Assembly: GCA_008369845.1 (NCBI GenBank)
Contig: MRSU01008991.1
Span: forward strand, 1 to 53,967
From: Trichomonas gallinae
Taxonomy: Eukaryota
Reading direction: 5' to 3'
Length of the DNA stretch: 53,967 nt
The position numbers and the translations under genes are program-made. Under the pieces are notes generated by a model. It worked only from the letters and a program-made list of their open reading frames with translations. It searched no databases and was not told where the DNA came from. Positions 34,801 to 44,075 of the stretch are shown in pieces. Position 1 is the first letter of the stretch; each line of letters starts with the position of its first letter.

Positions 34801-35992
34801 CGATAAAGTTCAAAACGTTAGGATCTGAGCCGATGTGATTCATCAATGTGTCTAAAAACCTCTCCCACTTGCAGAGGGTTGTCGTAAATCTTCTTGACAT
34901 GTCGATTTGATTTGTTAATATCTTAGGAATGTCGTCTGATTGTAAATTTTTGACGTTATCGAGTTCTTTAAACGACAGTGATGTAGGTGTTTTGATTTCT
35001 TCCAAATAATCGAAAGCTTTTGGATTATTTTGGATTAAATGTATAACAAATAAGCAGAATGACTGTGTTGCAACATCGCAAGGTTGGTCATCGACTTCGT
35101 TGCATAATGTAATAACAGTCAAACATGTTAAATCAAGGCCAGCGATCTTTAATTTGTTTTGCTCGACGAGTAGCCAAGATGAAAGGTAAAGAAGTTCGCG
35201 CCTGTGAAGAAGAGGCAATAATGGAATGATTCTTACGATCGTATTCAAGAAAATCAGCAGTTCTGCGACTAAAGAAATTTCTGGATGCGAATTCACCCAA
35301 GAATGGAAAATAGATGTAATAAAATTGATGCATGAAGTGTCACGAAGATCATATAAGTCAATAGCTTTCGAAATAATGTAAGATAAAAATAATTTCAATG
35401 ATTTCACAACCCAATTATTGCTGATATGTGTCGCAATGATGCTGCTGTCCCTCCATGTCTCGAAATATAGTGGAAAAAGTGCTATTGTATCTTGAATAAT
35501 CTTTGGATCTTGAGTTTCCAATAGGAATTTGATCGGTTCATTGATAAACAGCCAGTCTGTTTCGTTATATATGCAGTTTTTGCCTCTGTTTGTGTAGAAT
35601 TCAAGGATCTGCTCTCTTAATAAAAGGCCGATTGCACCAGCAACTTGAAAAGCAGCTGTAACGAACTCTGGGTAAACGGCGAGTTTCTTACCTGTATTGA
35701 GTTCATTCAGAAGCTGATAGCAGCAGTTGCAAACGTCGATGATTGCAAGTTCAGAGAGATGAAAGTGTTGAATGAGCAAGCTATTTAGCACGATAGGCTC
35801 TTTTACTTCGAGTAGTGCCGCTCTTAACGCTTTCACTGATGCTTTTGGCATATAATATTTGTTCATCACCGATTGCAGAAATTCTGGTGCGCTTTTTGGA
35901 AGTTTTTTCGGGTGTACATCAAAGTACCGCATCAGTACAGAATGGTACTGCTCTCCACCGGCCATTTGTATTAAGCTGGAAAGAGAATGCAT
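28811..35992 (-). CDS. Beige/BEACH domain protein (helical N-terminus, ConA-like, PH, BEACH, WD40)
   Basis: BEACH motifs YLMILNILANRSMNDISQYPIFPWVIKDY, FRDLSQPLGA, LIRNEPFT, LQGGNFDLSDRLF, DFRELPP, LPPWA, WIDLIFG, FGVMPQCIF; WD-like ITAGTDATVRLF. Confidence 0.95.
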   Translation of the reverse strand: MHSLSSLIQMAGGEQYHSVLMRYFDVHPKKLPKSAPEFLQSVMNKYYMPKASVKALRAALLEVKEPIVLNSLLIQHFHLSELAIIDVCNCCYQLLNELNTGKKLAVYPEFVTAAFQVAGAIGLLLREQILEFYTNRGKNCIYNETDWLFINEPIKFLLETQDPKIIQDTIALFPLYFETWRDSSIIATHISNNWVVKSLKLFLSYIISKAIDLYDLRDTSCINFITSIFHSWVNSHPEISLVAELLIFLNTIVRIIPLLPLLHRRELLYLSSWLLVEQNKLKIAGLDLTCLTVITLCNEVDDQPCDVATQSFCLFVIHLIQNNPKAFDYLEEIKTPTSLSFKELDNVKNLQSDDIPKILTNQIDMSRRFTTTLCKWERFLDTLMNHIGSDPNVLNFIACIMSSSCCYLSGFDKFLKLLLNNNTSPHLVDCFFYKISCICESKIPQILDEIFATPTYYTHMALIRELTTRNRLNILLTSNYINSIRSFRKSSEPKGIDDFVDYLFNLDKCGCHNSQIGQLMFDMLIDGNHDQIVEYYAITPDVLPAFNKIINKLQVFFIKAKSESKISGYAPKILANITSAIGFLDETQCKYLVDKILPGASVLVKKLASQVILDELFEIIFHVTLKYPQLIEIIFSDDSKAFNAIKTSIKKFKPTTKTISLLVAISLGFFVEDFNSIPARGSPHVVCAPAMYLALALSAGSEFDLPLLQLAARLCSENESNAYSFFMADMITHALANINNINLTHTAIMLYRNISRHFFNAQTFNDTINAINAIELNPMIGQQALLECLIQMIIEEKHPPVDSFFHFDGGCISKANLEIVNSIFSFATTIRVPKNKSNLLKLGEFELSLSSTQIEIKNKTMTVPFDYNMRTGKWTSIVVTFNSSRNIQIYVNKALVVNTNFHQFEPGSYPIVIADGLSGDLGPVFFFDTIDTEIIYRKMTKTVRPKIASAAFLPSNVSNRMILDVSPGMTASLQGSSIPFTTTLSDVLMFPGILKGILSTLKIIIQGFCKQPAAAPQIFNTMLSIIIYILDFPNGLEMFEREGGCILLAGFLYMAVPNCFAPNVLMNMKTLYKKITSVVMRKQMKQYIFENFKIVLKNESSLIKYYFNSILATIIDSPEFKQDNSLHVIYQLLTTDASEDIKELMWEYYASITKERIPTKDAIFLALTFLNTESPYIRRKCFSLIQRAISEDAVFDLNGLINEIGVLPFAELFNSKDQQTRKETLQIITLLFTSPQVRISYNSLTKYFDKVTKEEIESVFNKMFEGSNLKYSTMLLLFFEMFEKTDKNLYDTAKDKIIQSIKENPDNFVQFSDSQDFVNFAFRFFKDEDLIEFLSDYVTTSSKKSPVRDIIVLSWKKNSLFTAKLLAKVLEVVSQNKNEIANILTFALQNIFFSPVDIDKQTASFNNKPHKELCLPMLNAIHYLLTADPNSQIYLLENYNMKAFQALCFIIWCFGKDDLSIYQKGYSKVWELSTLIPRNILNESIVFVVSARDKLVTSGQKPDDINLATASIEMSNKQVQTFMKEIESKAKVYAEEFCTKLVKIDKQVSNSSLLARGHKNLYQDYMKCENEQFTLIEHHSTSLAKAFITSTEPIKSDHWKLINVYDHELRPLFMSPNKDFDDHKKASALRDSIKYEKSEIQQQNFKRIVPFVMQSSAKQMIESFPVTYITLLARFKGMISVTDHGFFFHGFEFCDGICSPLPENKKPRKKFVELRYGEIDFVFTRSQLHENLAAEVFSGESKSYLFQFSSIVMRDRFLELIRQSCEVEKSSFFNNMMNEMKNEEYDFFEQCRRACKGITQNMLSIELTEKIGVTKAWLAKKISTFKYLMILNILANRSMNDISQYPIFPWVIKDYESEKLDLTNPNTFRDLSQPLGAMNEKRLNLLLENYKEIPEDSHEHCLYRTHISNPGYVIGYLIRNEPFTSLHISLQGGNFDLSDRLFYSIPKAWQNVITLSGDFRELPPQMYCQANVLKNEDRFDLGKKLDGTVVDDVVLPPWASSPEDFVVKNRMALESDLVAEKIGLWIDLIFGVDRWSKKRFNMYHKYSYEDFATPLLGTEFAAIIRNYCANFGVMPQCIFSSPHPGRQVTQKSFSPLPFIGKSFSSPVKYFSKNYILTEDGTIYDQYCNPLQLNNASGSKLGIDSCKSVIFFKNFIIGLHNLSCDVFNTQQQGKKVVTIRHPGGNITAVTSLDDCIITAGTDATVRLFKSPEFELQKVITVGRCPLTHLCVSSALNIVACIDNQHNLHLAHMVRENLQNNCKLTGNGHVSHCLTILDSGFIVVCSTIKDETTNLATCIELFDSRLKIASKLDIGGEAIDIVDVTTPFQPMIAILLSDGKVKFVEIPTLTVLSTVSNGIIGKTLERSSPDTNNVLSVDINDQIFEITPAFEKQCI

Positions 35993-36904
35993 CGATTTTT
36001 TGTTTTTTAATAATTGAGAGCACTCAAATTTTTGACACTTTACATTTCACTTTCCAATCATTGTTTATTTCTGTTGTAGTCCAAAAATATGGTGATTTTG
36101 ATTTTGTCACTTTTTAACTTATTTCATGGAATCTGATGAATGTCCTTTTTTGTTTTTTTTTTTTTTTATATATATATAATGGTTTACTAAATTAATCTTG
36201 CATTATTTTTTAAACTCTTTTTTTTTCACAGATTTTGACAACCCTTCGTCATTACACATTTCTTTCTTTCATAATAACACGTGTCTATTTATTTATAATA
36301 TTTTGGAATTAACTCCAAAATCATTTACATGTCAAATTATCATCATTATTGACAAATTTTTTCTTGGGATTTCGATAATCTCCTGCTATTATACATTTCT
36401 TTCTTGCTTGATAACATTTTTCCTATTGATGTCTAAAACTTTGTATATGTATACAAAGCTTGAAATTAACTCTATAGAACAAATTTTGCATTTTTTCATT
36501 ATTTTGAGTAATTTTACATGTCAAATAAATAATATTTTGACATTTTTGTGGTTGGAGAAATTCGATTTAAGATTTATTGATTTGATCGTTAAAACTAGGT
36601 CTGCGTAATAAAATAATGCTATTGATCTCGATTATGCAAAAATTCTAAACATTAGATTTGATATTTTTCTATTTCATGTGGCGATCAATATTAAAATTTA
36701 GTTAATTCATATAACAAACTTTTGCTTTTGAGTTTTATTATAATTAAAATAGATATAATACTATATTTAGCATTTTTCATAATGATTCACATTGAAAAAT
36801 AAGAAAATGAAAGAAATTGATATGATATTTTGAGTGATAGAAAGATACAAAAAGCATGTTTAAATACAAACAAAAAAATAAAAGAAATAAAAAATAATAT
36901 AAGT

Positions 36905-39814
36905 CTATCTATTATAAAAGAATTCAATAAGTGATCTAATTTTGTATTGGCTGGATGTAATTGTCTTTAGAATGGTTCTCTGTGCAAACCATTTATCAGA
37001 GTTCGCAAGAGCAATTCTATCTGTTGCAATTTGGAGATTTACTTGTTCTTGGGAGTTGTTTATGAGGCTGATAGTGACAAAATCTTGAGATATTCTGAGG
37101 GATTTGAGAATAATTGGCCAGTTCATGTCATCTGTTAAAAATAATCCCATAAATGTAATAAATGACTGAAGATAACTTCTTGCTGTTATTCTTATGAGTA
37201 TCTCGCACATTATGAGCTGTAATTTCGTGCTATTCACGTAATTTGCGAAATTTGTTGAAAATTCTGTGATTGTTGGTATATTTGGAATAATTATAGATAT
37301 AGAATTACTAATCTTAATCATTAGAGAACCATCAGGTGTTGTTCCGTTGAATTCTGGCCCTTTTAGATCAAATTCAGAAATATTATGGGAAACGCAGAAG
37401 CCAAATAGAACAGTGACCTTGTTCACCAGCTCATGGAAGTGTTTCAAGTGATCTAATGTCATAATAAAGTTATAAGAGCTGAATTTTTGTCTAATTTGGA
37501 TTCTGCACGTTTCAAGTGGTTTTAAAGCGAACGTGGAGAACCCAGAATGAGCTACTGAGCCATGTAGTATCCCATACTGGTTGATTCTTATCTTTACAGT
37601 TAATTTCTTCATGAATACTAGAAATAGGTTATATGTGTCGTCGACTGAAATGTTCCAATTTTTTTCGTAAGCGAAATCTCTAAATATTTGGAGCACAATC
37701 GGCAGTGTTCCCTTGATAAAGCTCAGCGCTGATGTGGAACTTAGCAGTTTATCACTAAAAGTCAAGTTAGAAACGATTGTTGGTAAATTAACGAATAAAT
37801 TACTGACAATGAAGTCATGTTCAGGTAGATTATGCAATGTTAGTGAGTTTATTAGTGGTGCCGGTGGGTTGGAAGCTGATATTCCGAAGAAAATCGAGCA
37901 ATCGAGAAAATTCAAATCTAATCTTGATTGTGTATGAGATAATGGCTTGAATTTTATTGTATCTGATGTAGAAAGAGATTCTAAGTCGCTGAAATGGTCA
38001 CTGATGTTTGAATAATCAAGGAACATTTGAATAAGAAAAATTAACCTTTGAATGAACCTGCAAGAAGTGAAATTGCCAATTATCTGTATGCAGTTCCAGT
38101 TTTTTGGCAAATCGTTCGTTGGAACAATTTTCATTGACCAATGCATTGAATGATTAATCTTAAATTGAAGATAATGAGTCGGCAAAAGCCAAACCTTCAA
38201 AGCGTTGTTGTATATTGTCGCTTGATAACCGAGTTCTTTGAGTTGCTGTTGGAATTCAATCAAAAGCAAATAAATTTTTCCATTTAAAACAACTTTTGAA
38301 GTATTTTGCGAAAAATTGCGTCTATTCGTAAATAGCAAAGGCGTAATCATAGTCGATGTCTCTCCATTTGATATTGAAACAATTGGTCTTTTGTTGTTTT
38401 GAAGATTATGAATCAAAACATGATTGTTTGGTGCAAATGAAAACCAAAACGTGAATATTCCTTTCGCATAGAAAGAGGAATTGTAATTAAACGAGTTTGG
38501 TCTTGAATTGAAGCAAATGTCTTCAATTAACCAAATTCTAGATTTTGTTACGTAATTTCCTATCTCTATATCACTTCCTAATGTCTGTTTGGTACCATTT
38601 GGCATAAAAACTTCAATGTTTCCGCTGAAATAATTGAGATAAATTCTAACTTCATCCAAAACTTGTGAGCCAACAGATATATAAGTTGACGAAACGTGTG
38701 AGTTTGGCATAACTAGAGAGCAATGCGGGTAAGTTGATATGATATTCATTAAAGAAATGATAATTGTTCCAAATAAATTTGTCATTGCAGTGAAATGAAC
38801 TATTTGGCGTGCTTCTGATAATATTAAGTGTATATCTTCCTCATTCGCGATCTCTTTTATGTAGATCTTCTTTCCAGGTAAAATCATCGATTTATTGTAT
38901 CTTGTCATCATTTGGGTGATTGTTTCACTGTAAGGAATGCTTTCTGGGATCTCACAAACAGGGGATGATGATGTAAAGTATACTGATCCATTGACCAAAA
39001 TGAGTCGAAAATCTGAATAGAAAAATTCCGATTCAGGAAACTTGATTTTTGTAATTCCGTTGGAGCATATTGTCGCACATTGGTAAGAAGATGAGATTTT
39101 GGAGACAAGAAAAGAAATTAGCAAATATCTTGTCATCTGCATGAAATTGAAGATTTTTGAGTCTAAAATGTACAATGCCTTAGCCTCATGTATATGAAAT
39201 GGAGTAAAAGATTTAATAAAATCCATTAAAATTTCTTCACGTTTTATGTTCATCGGCAGAAGTGGATAATTTAAACGTAATAATCTTAGACTGCAGAAGC
39301 TGTCCTCGTTTATCTTCAGGCAGCATTGATAAAGTGGAAGCGCATTAATAATAATTTTATTTTTGTGCACGAAGACATGTTTGATGCGTTTTGGAAGCTT
39401 GTAGTGGAATATGCTGTAAATATCTATTTGTGAGATGTTTCTGCTGATTGAATTGCTTCTTGTTGAAAATTCTGAAAACATTTTGAATTTTTTTGGGAAC
39501 CGTGACTTAGGTCTCATTTTTTCGAGTTGTTTAGCAAGTTCTTTGAGCTTTTGGACAGTTAGAGTTGAGTTATTTATAAGTTCCGATTTTACAACTTTTT
39601 CTGTTTGAGCCAAAATATTTCTGGACCGAAAAAGTACAAGCATGCGTCCCATTAGCACCGATATTGTGTATAATGAATGCATAATTTGTGATTTTGTTTT
39701 ATAATGCAATTTATAATCTGAACTGGAGAATTGGCTCAATTGGGATGATGCAAACTTCAATGCTGCAGATAGGGCGACAGAAAGATGTACTTCATTTCCA
39801 TCGCCTTGATCCAT
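36905..39814 (-). CDS. Large hypothetical protein, possibly divergent Mediator subunit Med14
   Basis: 969-aa ORF. The N-terminal ~230 aa follow the Med14 pattern by eye (see finding). The ORF is certain; the identity is tentative. Confidence 0.6.
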   Translation of the reverse strand: MDQGDGNEVHLSVALSAALKFASSQLSQFSSSDYKLHYKTKSQIMHSLYTISVLMGRMLVLFRSRNILAQTEKVVKSELINNSTLTVQKLKELAKQLEKMRPKSRFPKKFKMFSEFSTRSNSISRNISQIDIYSIFHYKLPKRIKHVFVHKNKIIINALPLYQCCLKINEDSFCSLRLLRLNYPLLPMNIKREEILMDFIKSFTPFHIHEAKALYILDSKIFNFMQMTRYLLISFLVSKISSSYQCATICSNGITKIKFPESEFFYSDFRLILVNGSVYFTSSSPVCEIPESIPYSETITQMMTRYNKSMILPGKKIYIKEIANEEDIHLILSEARQIVHFTAMTNLFGTIIISLMNIISTYPHCSLVMPNSHVSSTYISVGSQVLDEVRIYLNYFSGNIEVFMPNGTKQTLGSDIEIGNYVTKSRIWLIEDICFNSRPNSFNYNSSFYAKGIFTFWFSFAPNNHVLIHNLQNNKRPIVSISNGETSTMITPLLFTNRRNFSQNTSKVVLNGKIYLLLIEFQQQLKELGYQATIYNNALKVWLLPTHYLQFKINHSMHWSMKIVPTNDLPKNWNCIQIIGNFTSCRFIQRLIFLIQMFLDYSNISDHFSDLESLSTSDTIKFKPLSHTQSRLDLNFLDCSIFFGISASNPPAPLINSLTLHNLPEHDFIVSNLFVNLPTIVSNLTFSDKLLSSTSALSFIKGTLPIVLQIFRDFAYEKNWNISVDDTYNLFLVFMKKLTVKIRINQYGILHGSVAHSGFSTFALKPLETCRIQIRQKFSSYNFIMTLDHLKHFHELVNKVTVLFGFCVSHNISEFDLKGPEFNGTTPDGSLMIKISNSISIIIPNIPTITEFSTNFANYVNSTKLQLIMCEILIRITARSYLQSFITFMGLFLTDDMNWPIILKSLRISQDFVTISLINNSQEQVNLQIATDRIALANSDKWFAQRTILKTITSSQYKIRSLIEFFYNR

Positions 39815-40214
39815 ATATCGAAAAGATTCCAGAACAACAAATAAAAAATGCTAAACTTTGGATTTCGAGACAGAATATCGATTAACAATAACCTGTAAAG
39901 CCGTTTTCTTTATTTATTTTCCAAAATTGCCAATAACCTCAAATATACATGTCAACAATATAATTTACACGTCAAAAATATAATGATGGAATGTAATAAT
40001 TTACATAACGAAATTAAAGTCTACATGACAGAAAATAATAATTGCAAGGTCGGGAGACAGATGATTCTCGCATGGTTTTGCCCCATATTCAAAATATAGG
40101 TAGGTATGCCTACAATGATAAATTTTATAGGAGTCCAATAGTTTTTCCTTCTATCTTTATGATAAGGTAATCATTTACATGACAAAAATTTATAAAATGT
40201 TGACACGTAATTAT

Positions 40215-40223
40215 AAAAGTGAC
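40215..40223 (+). promoter_or_regulatory. AAAAGTGAC motif just upstream of the start codon
   Basis: Ends 8 nt before the ATG at 40232. The same motif lies just before the CK1 ATG at 53467 (minus strand). It resembles a T. vaginalis core-promoter/5'UTR motif as recalled. Confidence 0.5.
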
Positions 40224-40231
40224 AAAATATT

Positions 40232-41413
40232 ATGGAAACTTTGAACAACGAAATTCTTCTCGATGCAGATGTTAAAATCGAGAGGCCTCGTTGCAGCAGA
40301 TGCACAGTTGTCACAATAATATGGTCAATTGTGCTAATTGCTGCGATGATCGGACTGACCATCTTTTTAGTTCACAGATCGCTTCATTCTGGCCTTTCAT
40401 GGCGTGTAGTTCTCCAAGCTAGAAAGGATAAAAGTGATATCGAGTCCGCAATGCAAATGGCCACTTTATTCAATGATAAAAACAGAACATGGCTGATTGG
40501 TGGAGGTTCGGATCTACACCAGAACACTTCAAAGCCGACATTATACAGATCTACAGACGATGGAGAAACATGGACGCCAGTTTATGTTGGATTGCCTTCT
40601 ATGTTTTCTCTCTATGCTTTTCAGAAAGTCGGAAATGATATTATCGGTCTTGTCCCAGGATACTTCCTTAGATCGAAAGATTACGGCCTCACATGGAATG
40701 TTACAGAAATGGAAAATACAGGAATGTCAATGAGCCACGGAGACGGAATTCTATTAGTCTCCAAGAATCCTAACCAGATATACAGATCAACTGACAACGG
40801 TGAAACATTCCAAGTCATCAATTACACAGATAAAGATGGAGATAACCTCCGCGCGATTTCTTATGCAGGAAAACAGACGTTTTACATGGGTGTCGGCTCT
40901 GAAGAACGCGAAGATGGCTCTGCTAGAGTCTTTAAGACAGAAGATGGTGGATTAACTTGGAAATGTATCTTTGAAAATCACGCCAGCACCCAAGACTACA
41001 TCGTATTCAGCGTATTTGCATATGATGAGAATACTGTCCTCATCGGAACTGGATCAGCTGAAACTCCAGACAGAGTAATTTACAGATCTACCAATGGAGG
41101 CAAGAATTGGACAAAAGTCTGTAACATTACGAAAGAATTCGACGAAAAACTTACAATTGTTCGTTCTTTCTATCAAGGTCACGATGGAAAACTTTACGCA
41201 TGCTTAGATTGCTCATATAGATCATCATCTCTTTGGGCAGATGAGCCAGATGATGCAAAGAACTCAATGATCATTGTTTCCAACGACAAAGGAAAAACCT
41301 GGAGCAAATTCACTAAAACAGGCACAAAACGCTTATATTGGATCAGCGAGACGATGGATAAGAAGTTCATTGCAGCAACTGGCGAATATGGTCAGATCCT
41401 CAAATCGAAGTAA
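40232..41413 (+). CDS. Type II membrane protein with six BNR/Asp-box repeats (beta-propeller; sialidase/GH74/VPS10-like)
   Basis: N-terminal TM VVTIIWSIVLIAAMIGLTIFLV. Asp boxes YRSTDDGETW, RSKDYGLTW, YRSTDNGETF, KTEDGGLTW, YRSTNGGKNW, VSNDKGKTW. Confidence 0.9.
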   Translation: METLNNEILLDADVKIERPRCSRCTVVTIIWSIVLIAAMIGLTIFLVHRSLHSGLSWRVVLQARKDKSDIESAMQMATLFNDKNRTWLIGGGSDLHQNTSKPTLYRSTDDGETWTPVYVGLPSMFSLYAFQKVGNDIIGLVPGYFLRSKDYGLTWNVTEMENTGMSMSHGDGILLVSKNPNQIYRSTDNGETFQVINYTDKDGDNLRAISYAGKQTFYMGVGSEEREDGSARVFKTEDGGLTWKCIFENHASTQDYIVFSVFAYDENTVLIGTGSAETPDRVIYRSTNGGKNWTKVCNITKEFDEKLTIVRSFYQGHDGKLYACLDCSYRSSSLWADEPDDAKNSMIIVSNDKGKTWSKFTKTGTKRLYWISETMDKKFIAATGEYGQILKSK

Positions 41414-42158
41414 CATAGTTTGCTTTGAAGAATATTAAAATTTTAGTATATATAGTCATGACTTACACTAATTTTTTGTGACATACCAATCCTATGGAGT
41501 TTTATTGCCAATTTTTTCCTATATTTAATCATATTTCAAAAAATGTTTTGTGGGTTTTTTTGAACAAAGATAAGATTTTCGAGACCATATATATTATCTT
41601 GAAGAGCTGTATTTGGTATAAAATCAAAATTTGAAATTTCAAAAATAATTAATAAGAAAATGGAGATATGTACTGAAGGAAGATACGGTAAAACTCGGAC
41701 AAAAAGCAAGAAATGATCTACAATATGTTGAATTTACACCACTTTCTTAATTTCGATATTTTCCCTTTTAACAAGCTGCTCATATCGATTGTCATTCGTA
41801 TATTTTGATGAATGCAACTCCAATTTTAGCTCGATAGCGGCTGTTTTGAGAGACCAAAGACGTCGAATCAACAATCAAAGTGCATTCAGCGATTTTAACA
41901 TAAAAACTTTTTACAAGCGCATACAATAGCTTTGATATCCAAAAGCTTGAACTAATTTTCCAAAGAAATAACCAAAACTATTATCTTTTTCGTGTAATTT
42001 CGATTAAAATATGTACAATATGAATAATCAAGTGTATTTGTTGAGTTATTTTTTAAAATTTTGAAAGAATTCGATAGATAATATGAAATCGAATCAAAAA
42101 TGAAAGGAATATATCTTTCACTCGGAAATTTTCGAGTATTTTTTAATTTTTTTGAAGG

Positions 42159-44075
42159 ATGGCGCTGGATATTCAGCGTCTATCCACGAAATGCACATCA
42201 CTAATCAGCAAAATCCATTCTTCATACGAAAAGCAGCAAAAAGAATGCTTGAAACTATCAAGATCGGGCTTTATCGCGATGCAAAATTATATTGATGAAG
42301 AACAACCTGAAAAAAGCTCCGAGGAGATTGATAGACTGTACAATGATATATTCTATCCTATTCATCTTGGAAATTTCTTCGGGATATCGCAACTAATTCA
42401 AAGTACAGGATTTTTGATCGGATTCATCTACGAAAGGCCCGATGTTCTCATAGAGATCGTCAAAGTATCGCAAAAAAAGCCTCAATGCTTTCAGAGGCTT
42501 ATTCGTTCTACGATTCCTTCTTTATTTGGCTATTTTTCGACATTTGATCATATAGAATACGCTTTTAAATTCTACAGATTAGTAATACAGGAATGTGATT
42601 TCAAACTTTCGGGATTAATACTGAAAAACTTTTTTAGCGGACCTTTTATGTTTAGATATGTAGAATCATTCATGTCACAGTTCGTTAAAGAGTTTGGTGT
42701 CTTCTTGTATACGAATTCATCATTCGAAATTGAAGAAATTCAAGATTTTTTTGCTGAAAAGCTACGAACATTGCTAGTTGCATCGTCATCACTCATTATA
42801 ACTCAACACATACTCATTATGCAAAACTTAAAGGATCTAAAATGGGATCCAAAGGCAATTTGGCATTTATTCTGGACCAGATCGTGTTTACCAATCATCG
42901 AAATGTATTTAAGCACATCTATCATAGCCCCATTCAAAAACGTATATGACGGGATTCTTAAGAAAGTTCACAACACAAGATATGATTTGATCGATAAAAT
43001 ATTAAAGAAATCGACAGGATGCCCTTTACCATCGATTGATTCATCGACAAGTGTTACGGGAATGCAGCTTTACGTCTGTTTAGGAGAAATAATTGATTTA
43101 ATCGATTGCTTGGAATTAACAGACATGAAACCCGATGTTTTATCTAAAGAAGAGTTCGAAAATTTCACAGAGGAAGTCAAAACCGCTCATTATTGGTGCG
43201 TTGTTTATCCAAGGAAATCGATGTCGCGAACAAGCTCAAAAAACTCCATGTCAGGCACAAAACTTGATCTTTTTGATGATACAAAGTATGAATTTTTGTA
43301 TCCTTATATTTTAGAAAAGCTCAAAGAGAAAATCATCGAAAATTGGCGTAATACACTCACAACGAATTTGAATTTATGGTTCCACAATGTAATAGGCATC
43401 GTTTTGCATCAACATGAATTCAAAAACTCGCATTTATTCCAAGATACTTATCTATACTATACAAACAAAGTTAAATCCAGTGATCAGAAGAAGATATTGT
43501 TCTTAAAACTACTCGATTTATACTACGAACTCAAGCGTCAGCAAAATGAAATACTATTTTGGAGGTTAGACAAAATGTGGAAAGATATCATTGAAAAATA
43601 TTCGACACAAGTCCAAAACTTCTTAGATTTTAGCTCAAAACTCAGTAAGTCATCGGAATATCTCTTTTTTGAGGCTCTAAAACTCGTTCGTTGCTTGGAT
43701 TCATTTACATTTATGAATAGACATGATATTCTTATCCAAATATTCCAAAATATATACAATGCTGGCGATGGTGACCATGAATTCTTTGTCCAGTTCTTCC
43801 TGCAGTCTTCTTCATTAACTTTTCTTTCTTCCATGATATTGGTTGGAAGTTTAGTTATGAAAAACCCATTTTTCGTCGAGAATTGCGATTCTACCGAAAT
43901 ACAAGCATGGGATGCCGCCGAATCAAGTTGGATGAAGATTATTCAAAGCGATCCAATGGTTGCCTCCACCGTCCAAGAATTTTCCATCGTTTTAATTCGC
44001 GATTTCTCGACTATTGTTAGAAAATCTGTTGTTCAAAAATTACCTAATTCTAATCCAAACCCTTCTGTTAATTAA
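42159..44075 (+). CDS. Alpha-helical hypothetical protein, paralogue of 10837-13140 (possible degenerate RasGAP/VPS9-like)
   Basis: 638-aa ORF. IRSTIPSLFGYFSTFDHIEYAFKFY and the C-terminal LVMKNPFF...TEIQAW..AE align with the 10837 protein (LVLKNENF...TEQRCW..FE). Confidence 0.85.
   Translation: MALDIQRLSTKCTSLISKIHSSYEKQQKECLKLSRSGFIAMQNYIDEEQPEKSSEEIDRLYNDIFYPIHLGNFFGISQLIQSTGFLIGFIYERPDVLIEIVKVSQKKPQCFQRLIRSTIPSLFGYFSTFDHIEYAFKFYRLVIQECDFKLSGLILKNFFSGPFMFRYVESFMSQFVKEFGVFLYTNSSFEIEEIQDFFAEKLRTLLVASSSLIITQHILIMQNLKDLKWDPKAIWHLFWTRSCLPIIEMYLSTSIIAPFKNVYDGILKKVHNTRYDLIDKILKKSTGCPLPSIDSSTSVTGMQLYVCLGEIIDLIDCLELTDMKPDVLSKEEFENFTEEVKTAHYWCVVYPRKSMSRTSSKNSMSGTKLDLFDDTKYEFLYPYILEKLKEKIIENWRNTLTTNLNLWFHNVIGIVLHQHEFKNSHLFQDTYLYYTNKVKSSDQKKILFLKLLDLYYELKRQQNEILFWRLDKMWKDIIEKYSTQVQNFLDFSSKLSKSSEYLFFEALKLVRCLDSFTFMNRHDILIQIFQNIYNAGDGDHEFFVQFFLQSSSLTFLSSMILVGSLVMKNPFFVENCDSTEIQAWDAAESSWMKIIQSDPMVASTVQEFSIVLIRDFSTIVRKSVVQKLPNSNPNPSVN

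Noticed and set aside
28938..35333. Antisense and alternate-frame ORFs of 60-150 aa within the BEACH gene
   Set aside because: Shadow ORFs with no independent coding signal.
36198..36608. 136-aa F/I/L-rich intergenic ORF
   Set aside because: TTG start and a composition typical of T-rich non-coding DNA. It overlaps the TTTACATGTCA motif copies.
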